Part shown: piece by piece, positions 8,943-18,628 of the stretch
Layout: every line of letters begins with the position of its first letter
Numbering within the stretch: position 1 is the first letter of the stretch
Source of the DNA: a virus
Direction: 5' to 3' (one strand)
IMG/VR virus record: IMGVR_UViG_3300017917_003893
Location: 1-64,000 of that record
DNA length: 64,000 nt
The notes under the pieces: model-generated
What the model saw: the letters and a program-made list of their open reading frames with translations, nothing else
Databases searched by the model: none
Told to the model about the DNA's origin: nothing
Program-made: the position numbers and the translations under genes

Positions 8943-9707
8943 ATGAAACTTGTTAAATATTTTGAATTCAATAAAAAAGATTTAGAACCTATTAAGTCTT
9001 TCTATCTTAAAGATGAATTGAATCCTAAGTTATGGAATGATTTTAACCTAGACAATGAGGTAAGAACTCAACTACTTACTATAGCTCAAGATTTTTACGA
9101 AAATATAGATTTTTCGGCTGACGTTGTTGATATAGTACTTGCTGGATCTTTGTGTAATTATAACTGGTCTGAAAAGTACTCTGATTATGACTTACATATT
9201 ATTATTAATTTTGATGATGTTGATGAAAACTATGATTTAGTTGAAAAGGCATGTGATTATGCTAAGAAAGTTTGGAATTCTCAACACGATATTAAGATTA
9301 AGAGTTATGAGGTTGAAATAGCGATTCAAGATAATGACGACTTAGATGAAGCTATAAAAGGTGGAAGAATGGGTGGTGTTTTTTCATTATTAAATGATAA
9401 ATGGATTAAAAGACCAGAGAGAGCTGATTTTGAACCTGATGAAAAACTAATATCTGAAAAAGCTAAAACTATAATGATGCAAGTTGACGATATTGAAGAA
9501 GAATCAGATGAAGATAAGTATGAGGCATTTGAATCTAAAATATCAAAAGTTTGGAAGAAAATAAAAGACTATAGACAAAGTGGTCTTGATAGTGAGAGTG
9601 GTGAATACTCTATAGGTAATTTAGTATTCAAGTTATTAAGAAGAAATGGTTACATTGGTAAAATAATGGAACTTAAAAGAAAAGTTTACGATAATCAATT
9701 TAAATAA
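8943..9707 (+). CDS. Pol-beta superfamily nucleotidyltransferase
   Basis: LAGSLCNYNW...SDYDLHI (GS..DxD) with a third acidic residue in YEVEIAIQD. ATG 8943 is preferred over GTG 8916. Confidence 0.75.
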   Translation: MKLVKYFEFNKKDLEPIKSFYLKDELNPKLWNDFNLDNEVRTQLLTIAQDFYENIDFSADVVDIVLAGSLCNYNWSEKYSDYDLHIIINFDDVDENYDLVEKACDYAKKVWNSQHDIKIKSYEVEIAIQDNDDLDEAIKGGRMGGVFSLLNDKWIKRPERADFEPDEKLISEKAKTIMMQVDDIEEESDEDKYEAFESKISKVWKKIKDYRQSGLDSESGEYSIGNLVFKLLRRNGYIGKIMELKRKVYDNQFK

Positions 9708-9708
9708 T

Positions 9709-10404
9709 ATGGAGATTAAAATATCAGAAATAGAACAAGTATTCAAGGATGTATTTGAAGAAGAAGAGGGTGTTGTTAACTCTGTTGATACTGTTTATGA
9801 AATGTCAGATGATGAAAAATTTTATAAATTAGTTATATCAATACATGGTTTATCTACACAAGATACCTCTATTATACACACTAAATTTATATTCAAGACA
9901 GACTTAGATAAGAGAAATTTAATTGAAGATACATTCATATATTTATATGATATAAATTGTATTTATCATAAAATAGAGTTTTCAAATATAGTTGATTTGA
10001 AGAAAAAGATAGAAGATATAATAGAGTCTAGAAACTTTGGTGAGGATTTACAAATACTTTCAGACTTCATTGAAGCACCTGCAATGTTCTTAAATTACTA
10101 TATGAGAAGAGATAATATCACAGACTATTCAATTTTTGATGTTGAGTACGAACCAAAGTTTAAAACTACTCCTTGTGATAAAACTACTTTTGATTTTAAA
10201 ATAAACATTAATAATAATTACGATATGGAACTATCTGTTTATAAAGTAGATAGAGTTGATCCAGAAGAGTTAGATACATATAAGTTTCAATTTAAATTTA
10301 TGGATGAAATAGAAACATTTGAATCTGATACAATTAAAAACGTTCACTTCTTTATTGGAGACCATATAGCTAAGATTCTTGATAAAAAATTAAAGAATAA
10401 GTAA
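9709..10404 (+). CDS. Hypothetical protein
   Basis: 231-aa ORF tightly coupled to both neighbours. Confidence 0.75.
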   Translation: MEIKISEIEQVFKDVFEEEEGVVNSVDTVYEMSDDEKFYKLVISIHGLSTQDTSIIHTKFIFKTDLDKRNLIEDTFIYLYDINCIYHKIEFSNIVDLKKKIEDIIESRNFGEDLQILSDFIEAPAMFLNYYMRRDNITDYSIFDVEYEPKFKTTPCDKTTFDFKININNNYDMELSVYKVDRVDPEELDTYKFQFKFMDEIETFESDTIKNVHFFIGDHIAKILDKKLKNK

Positions 10405-11069
10405 TGAGATTAAGGTATTTTGAGAATTTTGTTAATCATATAAACGAATCTAATGAAGATTTTACTGATTTATCTAAAGAAGAGTTAGATGAGTTACTTA
10501 TTCCTATTGTCGACTTAGGTATCGAGTATTCTTTTACTACACCGAGAGTTATTACGGATGGTGAGTTTTCTGGTTATAAATCAATGAATATACAATTTAA
10601 AAACACCTTTCAAATAGGACCAGCGGGTGGATATACTGAACAAATTATTGATGAGAAATTCTGGGATTTCTTAGACGAGTTAATAGCTCTTAAAAACCGT
10701 TTAGAAAGCACTAGAGTTTCTATTAATACTAACTGGAGACATTACATAATTGTTACTTTTATACAAAAAGCTAAAGTTGAAGGTGATTTATTTACAATAC
10801 AAAAGTTGTATAATGATATGGATTTAAGAACTAATGCTTCAAAGAGTGATTTTACAAATAATATGACTAAGACTTTAGATAAAGAAAATTTAAAAATTAC
10901 TGTTAGATGTGGTGGTACTTTTGATACAGCCTCTTATACTGATAGAAAGTGGAATGGTCTTTTCAGAGGTATAGATTTTTCTAAATTTAATGTAGAAAAA
11001 GAAATTACTGAAGATAGATTTGGTGATAAAACAGCTGTTATTACAATTACTTTGAAAAGTGAATCTTAA
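10404..11069 (+). CDS. Hypothetical protein with shared N-terminal motif (MRLRYFENF..INE)
   Basis: 221-aa ORF with a TAATG stop/start overlap. Confidence 0.75.
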   Translation: MRLRYFENFVNHINESNEDFTDLSKEELDELLIPIVDLGIEYSFTTPRVITDGEFSGYKSMNIQFKNTFQIGPAGGYTEQIIDEKFWDFLDELIALKNRLESTRVSINTNWRHYIIVTFIQKAKVEGDLFTIQKLYNDMDLRTNASKSDFTNNMTKTLDKENLKITVRCGGTFDTASYTDRKWNGLFRGIDFSKFNVEKEITEDRFGDKTAVITITLKSES

Positions 11070-11107
11070 TATTTAATATATAAAATTGATAAAAATAACA
11101 TAATAGA

Positions 11108-12562
11108 ATGTCTAATATATCATTAAAACAAGTACCTGCTTCTTCAGTTCCAACACCTGCTGCTAACTATGTTAGAATATTTAGCAATATAGGAGATGGT
11201 GGTAACTTGTATTTTAAAAATAGTTCAGGTTCTATAGAAACATTAGGTGGATCAACTTATGTTCCTGTTACTGAGGTTACATATACTGAGTTATATAACT
11301 TATATACAACTTCCTCATTTGTACCAGGTGCTTATTATCTAATAACAAATTTTGAATCAATATATAAACAACCAGATTTTTACTTAGATGGACTAATTAA
11401 GCCAAATTTAGTGACTAGAGGTAAGCCACCTGGATGGGGATATCAACCAATTTTAGTTATGGCTATATCTACTACAGCTCTTGCTGTAGATGCTTATCAA
11501 CCAAATATATCAGGTGGTGGTTATTCTGGATTTCATAAGGATAAAATTAAATATGATTTTTTATCTAATCAAACAGAATTTGGTGATTTTACTAAAGGTA
11601 GAATTATAGAAAGAATAGATGAGTTTGGTAATAGAACTGATTATGACCATAGAACAATATTGTTTAAAAGATATCAAAACTATGAAAGAGATACCTCATT
11701 AACAGGTACTATAACTGATTATAATTGTGTTACAGGTGTTGTTACTGGAAATAGTACCTTATTTTCAACTGAGTTATCAATTGGAGATATAATAATTTTA
11801 GATTCTAAAGCTGACTTGGGTTATGATATTGGTTTAAAGGTTAAAACAATTGTTAGTAATACTTCTATGACTGTTGAAGTTGATAGTGCCTATACCGGTG
11901 GTGTTCCAAGTGCTGTTTCATTAACAAACTCAACGACTATAACGCCTATTTCATATACATTTACATTTAAGTCTTTTGATTTTTGGATAGCTTCAGCTAC
12001 TGGTGAATTTAATCAATACAAAGAAGTTTATTTTGGTCAAAGTGATGATAGTGATTATGATGAATATTATACTTTTGCTTCAAATTCTTATGATAATAAA
12101 TTTTCAGAATATTCTTATAATTATTTTATTTCTCATGTTAATACACTAATATTAGCTAATAATGTCTTCATTAATGCTTCTAATAATAATAGGTTTGATG
12201 CTGTTTCTGCTAATAATACATTGTATAGCGCATATGGTAATTTATCAAATCATACCTTTTTTGGAAATGTGTCTTCTGGTGAATTCAATAATAATTTAAT
12301 AAACTCACCTTTTTATAATAATAAAATTGGTAGTGCTATTAATAATACATTCTTTGCTGATTTTATTAATAATTCACTAAATACTTCTTTGTATTTTAGA
12401 TTTAATAACTTTAAGTGTAATGTTAATAACACTAATTTTGTAACAGCTACACATGTTTATTTACCATATAACTGTGATGTATTTAAGAATTCGTTAGCTG
12501 ATGTGAAGTTATCTTATTATAATAATTCAAATTCTTTAACAGTTGATAATATCACTGCATAA
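11108..12562 (+). CDS. Putative virion fibre/spike protein with Asn-rich beta-helix-like C-terminus
   Basis: VTYTEL..L....FVPGAYYLIT motif, Thr/Ser/Gly-rich middle, repeated NN-x-F units; TAATATATA at 11074. Confidence 0.55.
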   Translation: MSNISLKQVPASSVPTPAANYVRIFSNIGDGGNLYFKNSSGSIETLGGSTYVPVTEVTYTELYNLYTTSSFVPGAYYLITNFESIYKQPDFYLDGLIKPNLVTRGKPPGWGYQPILVMAISTTALAVDAYQPNISGGGYSGFHKDKIKYDFLSNQTEFGDFTKGRIIERIDEFGNRTDYDHRTILFKRYQNYERDTSLTGTITDYNCVTGVVTGNSTLFSTELSIGDIIILDSKADLGYDIGLKVKTIVSNTSMTVEVDSAYTGGVPSAVSLTNSTTITPISYTFTFKSFDFWIASATGEFNQYKEVYFGQSDDSDYDEYYTFASNSYDNKFSEYSYNYFISHVNTLILANNVFINASNNNRFDAVSANNTLYSAYGNLSNHTFFGNVSSGEFNNNLINSPFYNNKIGSAINNTFFADFINNSLNTSLYFRFNNFKCNVNNTNFVTATHVYLPYNCDVFKNSLADVKLSYYNNSNSLTVDNITA

Positions 12563-12821
12563 AGTTAATTATAGTTTCTAAATTTTCTTTATTAAATTCA
12601 CCATTTAAAGGTTTTCCACCAGATTTTAGATATTGGTTGTATAATTCATTATACTCATCTATAGTATAAAATTTATTATCTAGTTCTGATAATATAATAT
12701 TTGTATCGTGAAAGTCTACAGTTTTGTTTTGTAGTCTTGTTTCACCGTATGCTGGACCTATAGGTCCTACTAACTCAGTACCTGATACTTCTTCGTTAAA
12801 TTGTTTGAATGATTTTATCAC
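12552..12821 (-). CDS. Small hypothetical protein with shared N-terminal motif (MIKSFKQFNEE)
   Basis: 89-aa ORF with an ATGA overlap to the upstream gene. Confidence 0.7.
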   Translation of the reverse strand: MIKSFKQFNEEVSGTELVGPIGPAYGETRLQNKTVDFHDTNIILSELDNKFYTIDEYNELYNQYLKSGGKPLNGEFNKENLETIINFMQ

Positions 12822-13273
12822 TTTTCTTTTTCTAATTTTTCAAAATATTCATCTTGTTCTTCAAGTGAATATTCATTTCTCTTAGTGTTATATATTAAAT
12901 TATAAAGGAACTTATCATGTAGTTTATGATGCTCATCGTGTACCATTGTTACAGTACAGGTTTCTTCTTCAAAATTGTTTTCAATTTTGATTATTTCCAT
13001 TCCAAATTTTCCATTCTTATCATGTAAATTACATATAACTTTTATTCTTTTTTCTAAAAGTTCTAAAATCTTTGAAAACGTGGAGTTTTTTGACAAATAA
13101 AGAAAGTCTTTCATTTCTTCTTTTTGAGTTGAGTTGTACAACTCTAAGAAACTTTGCTCTCTTTTGGTAAGTTGTTTCTTTCTAGAAACTTTATCCATTA
13201 TTCTTTTTACTTCCATTTGTTTAACAGATTCGTTGAATAGATAATACTTTATAAATCTTTCAATTTTCTTCAT
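12818..13273 (-). CDS. Hypothetical protein (MKKIERFIKYYLFNES...)
   Basis: Start at 13273 chosen because TAATATATA sits at 13305-13297 on the minus strand and the longer ORF overlaps the divergent gene. Confidence 0.65.
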   Translation of the reverse strand: MKKIERFIKYYLFNESVKQMEVKRIMDKVSRKKQLTKREQSFLELYNSTQKEEMKDFLYLSKNSTFSKILELLEKRIKVICNLHDKNGKFGMEIIKIENNFEEETCTVTMVHDEHHKLHDKFLYNLIYNTKRNEYSLEEQDEYFEKLEKEK

Positions 13274-13351
13274 ACAAATATAATACTTTCTTCTTTTATA
13301 TATTAAGAAGAATTTGTTTATTTTATATATACATTGTAAAATTATTTTGTT

Positions 13352-16300
13352 TTGATGGATCAAAGGTTATTAGAAAGTTTAGGCAATTTATCGCTTGCTT
13401 TAGAAGAGATTGCTTCAGCTCTTAAAGATAAGAGAGAGGCTCAATCTGCTACTGCTAAAGCTATGAAAGGTGGTGATTTTATTTCTGAAATAAAAGAAAT
13501 AAATATAGCTGTAAAAGATCTACAAAAAGATACTAAACAAATATTAGCTAATCAGCAAACCATTATGAAAATGGGTAAACAGAAAAAACAAGAAACTGAT
13601 GCTGAAAGACTAGGTGGTGATAAAAAATCACAAAATAATTTTAAAGATGGTCTAAAAGTAATACTGCTTATAGCAGTGGCTGTTTTAGCAATAGGTGCGG
13701 CTTTCTTACTTATAGGTAAAGTTAACTTCTTGTCAGTTATAGCCTTATCACTCGCACTTCCTTTATTGGCTATAGGATTTGCTAAAGTTCATACTGTGTT
13801 AAAAGAAGTTGGATTTGATCCAAAGAAAGACGCTACTAGATTTATAATAGCTGTTACTTCAATAGCTGTTGGTATAATGTTATCATCTTATATTTTATCA
13901 ATGATAACACCTTTATCTTTTGCTAAGTTCTTTACCGCTACTTTTATTGCATTGATGTTTGCAATGCTTGCTCCTTCAATAATGAAGTTTATGTTGGCAT
14001 TTAAAGATATGTCTTGGTCACAGCTGATAAAGTCTGTTATAGGTTTTCCTTTGATATTACCGGCTATTGCGTTAGGTATAGCCTTTGCCTCTTGGGCTTT
14101 ACAGCTTATTAAGCCTATATCATTTACTCAGTTCTTAACAGCTGTTGGTGTGGGTATAGTTTTTGCAATTATTTCTTTTGGTATAAGAAAGATGCTAAAG
14201 TCTTTTGATGGTCTTAATATAGCTGAGTTAAGTAAAGCAGTTGTATTTTTACCTCTTATATTACCAGCTATTGCTTTAGGTTTGGCTCTATCGACATATG
14301 CCTTTCAGTTAATTAAACCTATTTCTTTTGTTCAGTTCATAACAGCTGTTGGTGTATCTGTTGTATTTGCAATTGCTGCTTTTGGATTAAGAAAAATATT
14401 AAAATCATTTGATGGTATTGACCCTGGCACGGCTGTTGTCGCGTCTTTGATGATGCCTATTTTATTTGTAGGTTTATCTTATGCTATAGCTTACTCATCG
14501 GTTGCTCTTGGTAAAGTTAAACCTGTTAGTTTCATACAATTCTTAACATCTATAGGAATAGCGGCTGTATTTACAGTTCTTTCTATAGGCGCGGCTAAGA
14601 TAGCTAACAGTGTTAGAAAGATGACTGTTGGTGACTTATTTAAGTTGCCAGTTTTCTTTACACTTATGTCTATTGCTATAATGGCTTCTTCTTGGATATT
14701 ATCACTAACTAAGATAATACCTGTTGGTAATTTATTTAAGATATTATTATTCTCTATAGTTGCTTCAGCGGCTATAGTTGCAGTCGCTGGTGCTATGTGG
14801 TTGATGAATAAGATGGGTGTTACTATAAAAGATGCTATAATGGGAGGTCTTTTAATGGTTGTTATATCAGCCGCTATAATGATATCATCACATATTTTAG
14901 CACTTGGTAATTATAAAAAGTATCCAGATTGGAAATGGGCACTTGGTGTTGGCTTATCTTTAATTTCCTTCACGCCAGCAATTGTACTTTTAGGTGCTAT
15001 TGCTATGAGTGGTGTTGGTGCTCTTGCTATACTAGCTGGGGCTGGTATGATACTTATTGTTGCTGGTACTATTACTGCTGCTTCTTATATTTTAGCGGCA
15101 GGTAAATACGGAACATATCCACCTCTTGCTTGGTCGGCTTCTGTTGCTATATCTATGGCAGCATTTGGGGCTGGTATGGTTACTCTTGGTGCTTTAGTGA
15201 TAGCAACGTTTGGTATTGGAGGTGCTATGTTAGCCGCTGGTTCTGAGGCTGTTCTAATGGTTGCTGATACAATTGTAAAATCTTCTTATATTCTATCCAA
15301 AGGTAAATATACCAATGGTCCTACTTTAGAATGGGCTGGTGGTATTGCACTTGCTTTAGGTGCCTTCTCACCAGTTTATGCTATGTTAGCGGCTAATAGT
15401 ATACTTAGTCTTTTCGGTGGTGGAGGTGTTGGACCTGAAGATTTCTCTAAAGCTATTATTACAGTATCTAGAGGTATAGTTGATGCGGCTGGTTTCTTTG
15501 CTAAGAATAAGTCAGCATTTGTTAACGGACCTTCTAAGGCTTGGTCTGAAGGTGTTGGGTTGGCTATTGGTGCTTTTGCCCCTGTTTATAAAATGTTGGA
15601 AGATTTTCCTTTTACAGGTGGTGAAAAAATGAGTAAAGCTATAATAACTATATCTAAAGGTATTATAGCATCTGCTGGTATATTTGCTAAAAATAAGGCT
15701 ACTTTTGACAAGGGATATCCTTCTAAGAAATGGGGAGAGGGTGTTGGTGCAGCTTTAGGTGCTTTTGCTCCTGTCTTTAAGGCGTTACATGAAGATACTG
15801 GTTGGTTTACATCAGGTGATGATGTAATTAACAATATGAAAAAGGCGGTAATTACCATTTCTTGGTCTTTAGTTTCAGCCGCTAAAGCCTTTTCTTCGGC
15901 TGGTCCTGATGCTTGGAATGCTTATCCTACAGCAGCATGGGCTGATGGTGTTAAAAACTCTATAAATAATTTTATAGAGGTTTATAAATCTTTATCTGAG
16001 AGTGATACAAATCCTTCAGACCTTGGTCTAATTACAAAATATGCCAATCAAATGGCTTATACTGCTGCTATTTTAGGTAAAAATAAAAAGTATTTTGATA
16101 CTCAGATAGATCCAAACTTTGTTAAAAAGATGTCTAAGAACATTTTAGATTATCAAAACTTAGTCAATAGTATGTCTGGATTTAAGAGTGGTGGTTTTAT
16201 GTCTATGATTGGTTTAGATCCTGTTCAAAGAGTTGCTAATGGTATGGTTAAAATCGCGTCAGCTTATGATAGATTAGCAAGAGCAGTTAAAAACTTTAGT

Positions 16301-16696
16301 TCTGCTCTTAACTCAATGAGTCCTGGTAGTATAAACTCATTTACTAGATTAACTGGTAATTTGGCTGTTTTATCGGCTATGGATTCAGGTATGTTTAGTA
16401 ATATGTTAACTGTTCTTGAGAAGAGGTCTGGTGTATTTGCTAAATTAATAGATATGCAAGATAAAAAGTCACAGGCTTTTATGCCACAAGTTAAAGCTGG
16501 TGGTGGAGGAGAAGGTGCTGCTGTTAAAAATAAACAAGGTCAACCAAAAGACGCTAAAGGCGAAACAGAACTTCAGAAGTTAGACAAGATTATAGTATTA
16601 CTTTCTAAAATGAATAACAGTGTTGGATCAATTGACACATTCTTACAAAATCCTAAAGCTTCAAAAAATGAAGAAATAGGAAAAGGTGATGGCTAA
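13352..16696 (+). CDS. Tape-measure-like protein with hydrophobic internal repeats
   Basis: 1114 aa, Ala/Gly/hydrophobic helical composition, charged coiled-coil termini, 68-aa periodic repeats and a second GxY..YP...W..GVG repeat. Confidence 0.5.
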   Translation: MMDQRLLESLGNLSLALEEIASALKDKREAQSATAKAMKGGDFISEIKEINIAVKDLQKDTKQILANQQTIMKMGKQKKQETDAERLGGDKKSQNNFKDGLKVILLIAVAVLAIGAAFLLIGKVNFLSVIALSLALPLLAIGFAKVHTVLKEVGFDPKKDATRFIIAVTSIAVGIMLSSYILSMITPLSFAKFFTATFIALMFAMLAPSIMKFMLAFKDMSWSQLIKSVIGFPLILPAIALGIAFASWALQLIKPISFTQFLTAVGVGIVFAIISFGIRKMLKSFDGLNIAELSKAVVFLPLILPAIALGLALSTYAFQLIKPISFVQFITAVGVSVVFAIAAFGLRKILKSFDGIDPGTAVVASLMMPILFVGLSYAIAYSSVALGKVKPVSFIQFLTSIGIAAVFTVLSIGAAKIANSVRKMTVGDLFKLPVFFTLMSIAIMASSWILSLTKIIPVGNLFKILLFSIVASAAIVAVAGAMWLMNKMGVTIKDAIMGGLLMVVISAAIMISSHILALGNYKKYPDWKWALGVGLSLISFTPAIVLLGAIAMSGVGALAILAGAGMILIVAGTITAASYILAAGKYGTYPPLAWSASVAISMAAFGAGMVTLGALVIATFGIGGAMLAAGSEAVLMVADTIVKSSYILSKGKYTNGPTLEWAGGIALALGAFSPVYAMLAANSILSLFGGGGVGPEDFSKAIITVSRGIVDAAGFFAKNKSAFVNGPSKAWSEGVGLAIGAFAPVYKMLEDFPFTGGEKMSKAIITISKGIIASAGIFAKNKATFDKGYPSKKWGEGVGAALGAFAPVFKALHEDTGWFTSGDDVINNMKKAVITISWSLVSAAKAFSSAGPDAWNAYPTAAWADGVKNSINNFIEVYKSLSESDTNPSDLGLITKYANQMAYTAAILGKNKKYFDTQIDPNFVKKMSKNILDYQNLVNSMSGFKSGGFMSMIGLDPVQRVANGMVKIASAYDRLARAVKNFSSALNSMSPGSINSFTRLTGNLAVLSAMDSGMFSNMLTVLEKRSGVFAKLIDMQDKKSQAFMPQVKAGGGGEGAAVKNKQGQPKDAKGETELQKLDKIIVLLSKMNNSVGSIDTFLQNPKASKNEEIGKGDG

Positions 16697-16727
16697 ACAA
16701 AATCTTTTTATAATAATATAATTATAT

Positions 16728-17177
16728 ATGAGACGTAAAATATCTTTATGGAAAAAAATTAAACTTTTTAGAGAGTTTAGAAAAATTATCAAGGTAAATG
16801 AAACAGAAATTAATGAAGTTTTTGGTTCTAGAATTGATAGTGCTTATAGAATATACAACGTTTTAAACGTTCCCGAAGAGATGATAGGTGAACCCTATAA
16901 TCTAAGAAAGGCTGATATTGATAGATTTGCTGAAACAATGGTTAGAGAATATACTATTAAAATATCAGAGTATTTAGATTCTAAAAAACTAAAAGAAATG
17001 TATGATTTCTATGAAATCAGAAAGGTTGATAAATATGCTTATTTAGTTGTTTTAGGATTTTCAATACCAAATGATATGTTTAGAAGTAATGAATACTATG
17101 ACTTTATTAGATTTAGAGTTATTCCAGCTGCTAGTATTTTATTATTAATATTACTTCTACTTATTTTTCTTATTTAA
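16728..17177 (+). CDS. Hypothetical protein with C-terminal membrane anchor
   Basis: Ends in ...ILLLILLLLIFLI. Confidence 0.7.
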   Translation: MRRKISLWKKIKLFREFRKIIKVNETEINEVFGSRIDSAYRIYNVLNVPEEMIGEPYNLRKADIDRFAETMVREYTIKISEYLDSKKLKEMYDFYEIRKVDKYAYLVVLGFSIPNDMFRSNEYYDFIRFRVIPAASILLLILLLLIFLI

Positions 17178-17179
17178 TT

Positions 17180-17207
17180 AAACTTTTGCCACTACAGAAC
17201 TTATAAA
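17180..17207 (+). promoter_or_regulatory. Putative early/middle promoter AAACTT-N16-TATAAA (representative of 8 copies)
   Basis: The same architecture with an exact 16-nt spacer occurs upstream of seven other non-structural genes. Confidence 0.6.
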
Positions 17208-17226
17208 ATAAAAAAATAATATTCAC

Positions 17227-17658
17227 ATGGATAATTTTTATGAGGTATCTGAGGATTCAATCGCAAGATTTTTTGAAGTCTTTAACAAGAAATCCTTCCC
17301 AGTAAGTATCAAATTCCAATTTATTGGTAATGAAAAACAAAAAGAACTTATTAAAGTTTCAAAAATATCAGACAACTATGCTTTTATTTTACAAAAAGAA
17401 ATTCTAGTTACTATAAATGATGATTTAATGAGTGTATTTGATGATGAGTCAATACAGATCTTAATAGAACAAGAAATTGACAAAATCAATATCAATATTG
17501 AGACTGGTAAAATTAAATTTGTTAAAACCGACTTAAATACATTTTCAGCAATCGTTAATAAATATGGTGTTGAGAAAGTCGCAAGAGCAAATAAAGTAGA
17601 AGAGTTGTATCAGGAGCAGAAAAAAGATGCTAAGACTGACGAAGAATTTATAGCTTAA
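17227..17658 (+). CDS. Hypothetical protein
   Basis: 143-aa ORF, first gene of a three-gene unit. Confidence 0.75.
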   Translation: MDNFYEVSEDSIARFFEVFNKKSFPVSIKFQFIGNEKQKELIKVSKISDNYAFILQKEILVTINDDLMSVFDDESIQILIEQEIDKININIETGKIKFVKTDLNTFSAIVNKYGVEKVARANKVEELYQEQKKDAKTDEEFIA

Positions 17659-17660
17659 TT

Positions 17661-17897
17661 ATGAGTAGTATAGGACAAAATTACATAAATGCCTTGAGAA
17701 AAAGATATGAGGCACAAATCGAAGAAGCTAAAGCAAATTTAGCACTTTATTTTTCATCTTCAAATTTAGCGGCTATTGGAGAACACTCTGATTTATTAGC
17801 TGAACATGATAGATGGGTTGAAGCTTACGCTAACGCAAAAGATAAGTTAGAGTCTTTAAACACACTTTATAGTGATGATACCTTATTAAAAGGATAA
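17661..17897 (+). CDS. Small coiled-coil phage protein (IGEHSD motif)
   Basis: 78-aa ORF containing ALRKRYEAQIEEAKANL...IGEHSDL. Confidence 0.7.
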   Translation: MSSIGQNYINALRKRYEAQIEEAKANLALYFSSSNLAAIGEHSDLLAEHDRWVEAYANAKDKLESLNTLYSDDTLLKG

Positions 17898-17918
17898 AAT
17901 TAAAATTAAATAAAATAT

Positions 17919-18575
17919 ATGGAAAAAATTGAAACAAGAGTGGTTAAACCAGAAGTTATGTTTTTTGAAAATGAAATTAACAATTTGATTATAGATCCTC
18001 AAGAAGAGTCTTTTTTAGACTCTAAGATTAGTGACATTGAGAATTTCATGAAAGTTACCTCAGGTAAAGGTAAATCAGAAGAAGAAAAAGATGCAATTTA
18101 TCAACAATCGCAAGATATGTGGAATGTATTTGTTAATTCTTTGAAAGAAGCTAGATATAATTTTCACTTGAATAGACCTCAACATAAGTTTTTAACTGAC
18201 TTAATCTTAACTAAGATGGAGTACGATGTTAACACAGTATTCTTTGCTATAGAGTTAACAAATATGATGGGTGGTATGAAAGAAGCAAAATATACTAATG
18301 ATAAAGATTTAGTATCTTTTCCAGTAAATGCTACAGAAATTACTTATATTTATCACTTGATATCTAAACATAAAGTTAAAGGTTTAGGTAAAGATGCTTA
18401 CTTATTCTCACAAATTCTTTATAGAATTGGTAGTATAAGTAAAATCTTCAACTATTATGAGACAGTTTCAAAAAACTTGTCAAAAGATATTCAAGATTGG
18501 GTATTGACTTTTGAAGATGGTGTTACTTCTGATAAGTTTCAAGCACCGGTTGAAGAACAACCTTCTGAAGCATAA
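17919..18575 (+). CDS. Hypothetical protein
   Basis: 218-aa ORF followed by a terminator. Confidence 0.75.
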   Translation: MEKIETRVVKPEVMFFENEINNLIIDPQEESFLDSKISDIENFMKVTSGKGKSEEEKDAIYQQSQDMWNVFVNSLKEARYNFHLNRPQHKFLTDLILTKMEYDVNTVFFAIELTNMMGGMKEAKYTNDKDLVSFPVNATEITYIYHLISKHKVKGLGKDAYLFSQILYRIGSISKIFNYYETVSKNLSKDIQDWVLTFEDGVTSDKFQAPVEEQPSEA

Positions 18576-18597
18576 TAATCAGAAAAATTATAAAAAC

Positions 18598-18628
18598 AAA
18601 AGCCTCTGTTTTCACAGAGGCTTTTTTT
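18598..18628. terminator. Bidirectional intrinsic terminator
   Basis: AAAAGCCTCTGT-loop-ACAGAGGCTTTTTTT between convergent genes. Confidence 0.85.

Noticed and set aside
17227-17658. Phage metallopeptidase-like call
   Set aside because: Only a vague resemblance, and no HExxH motif.
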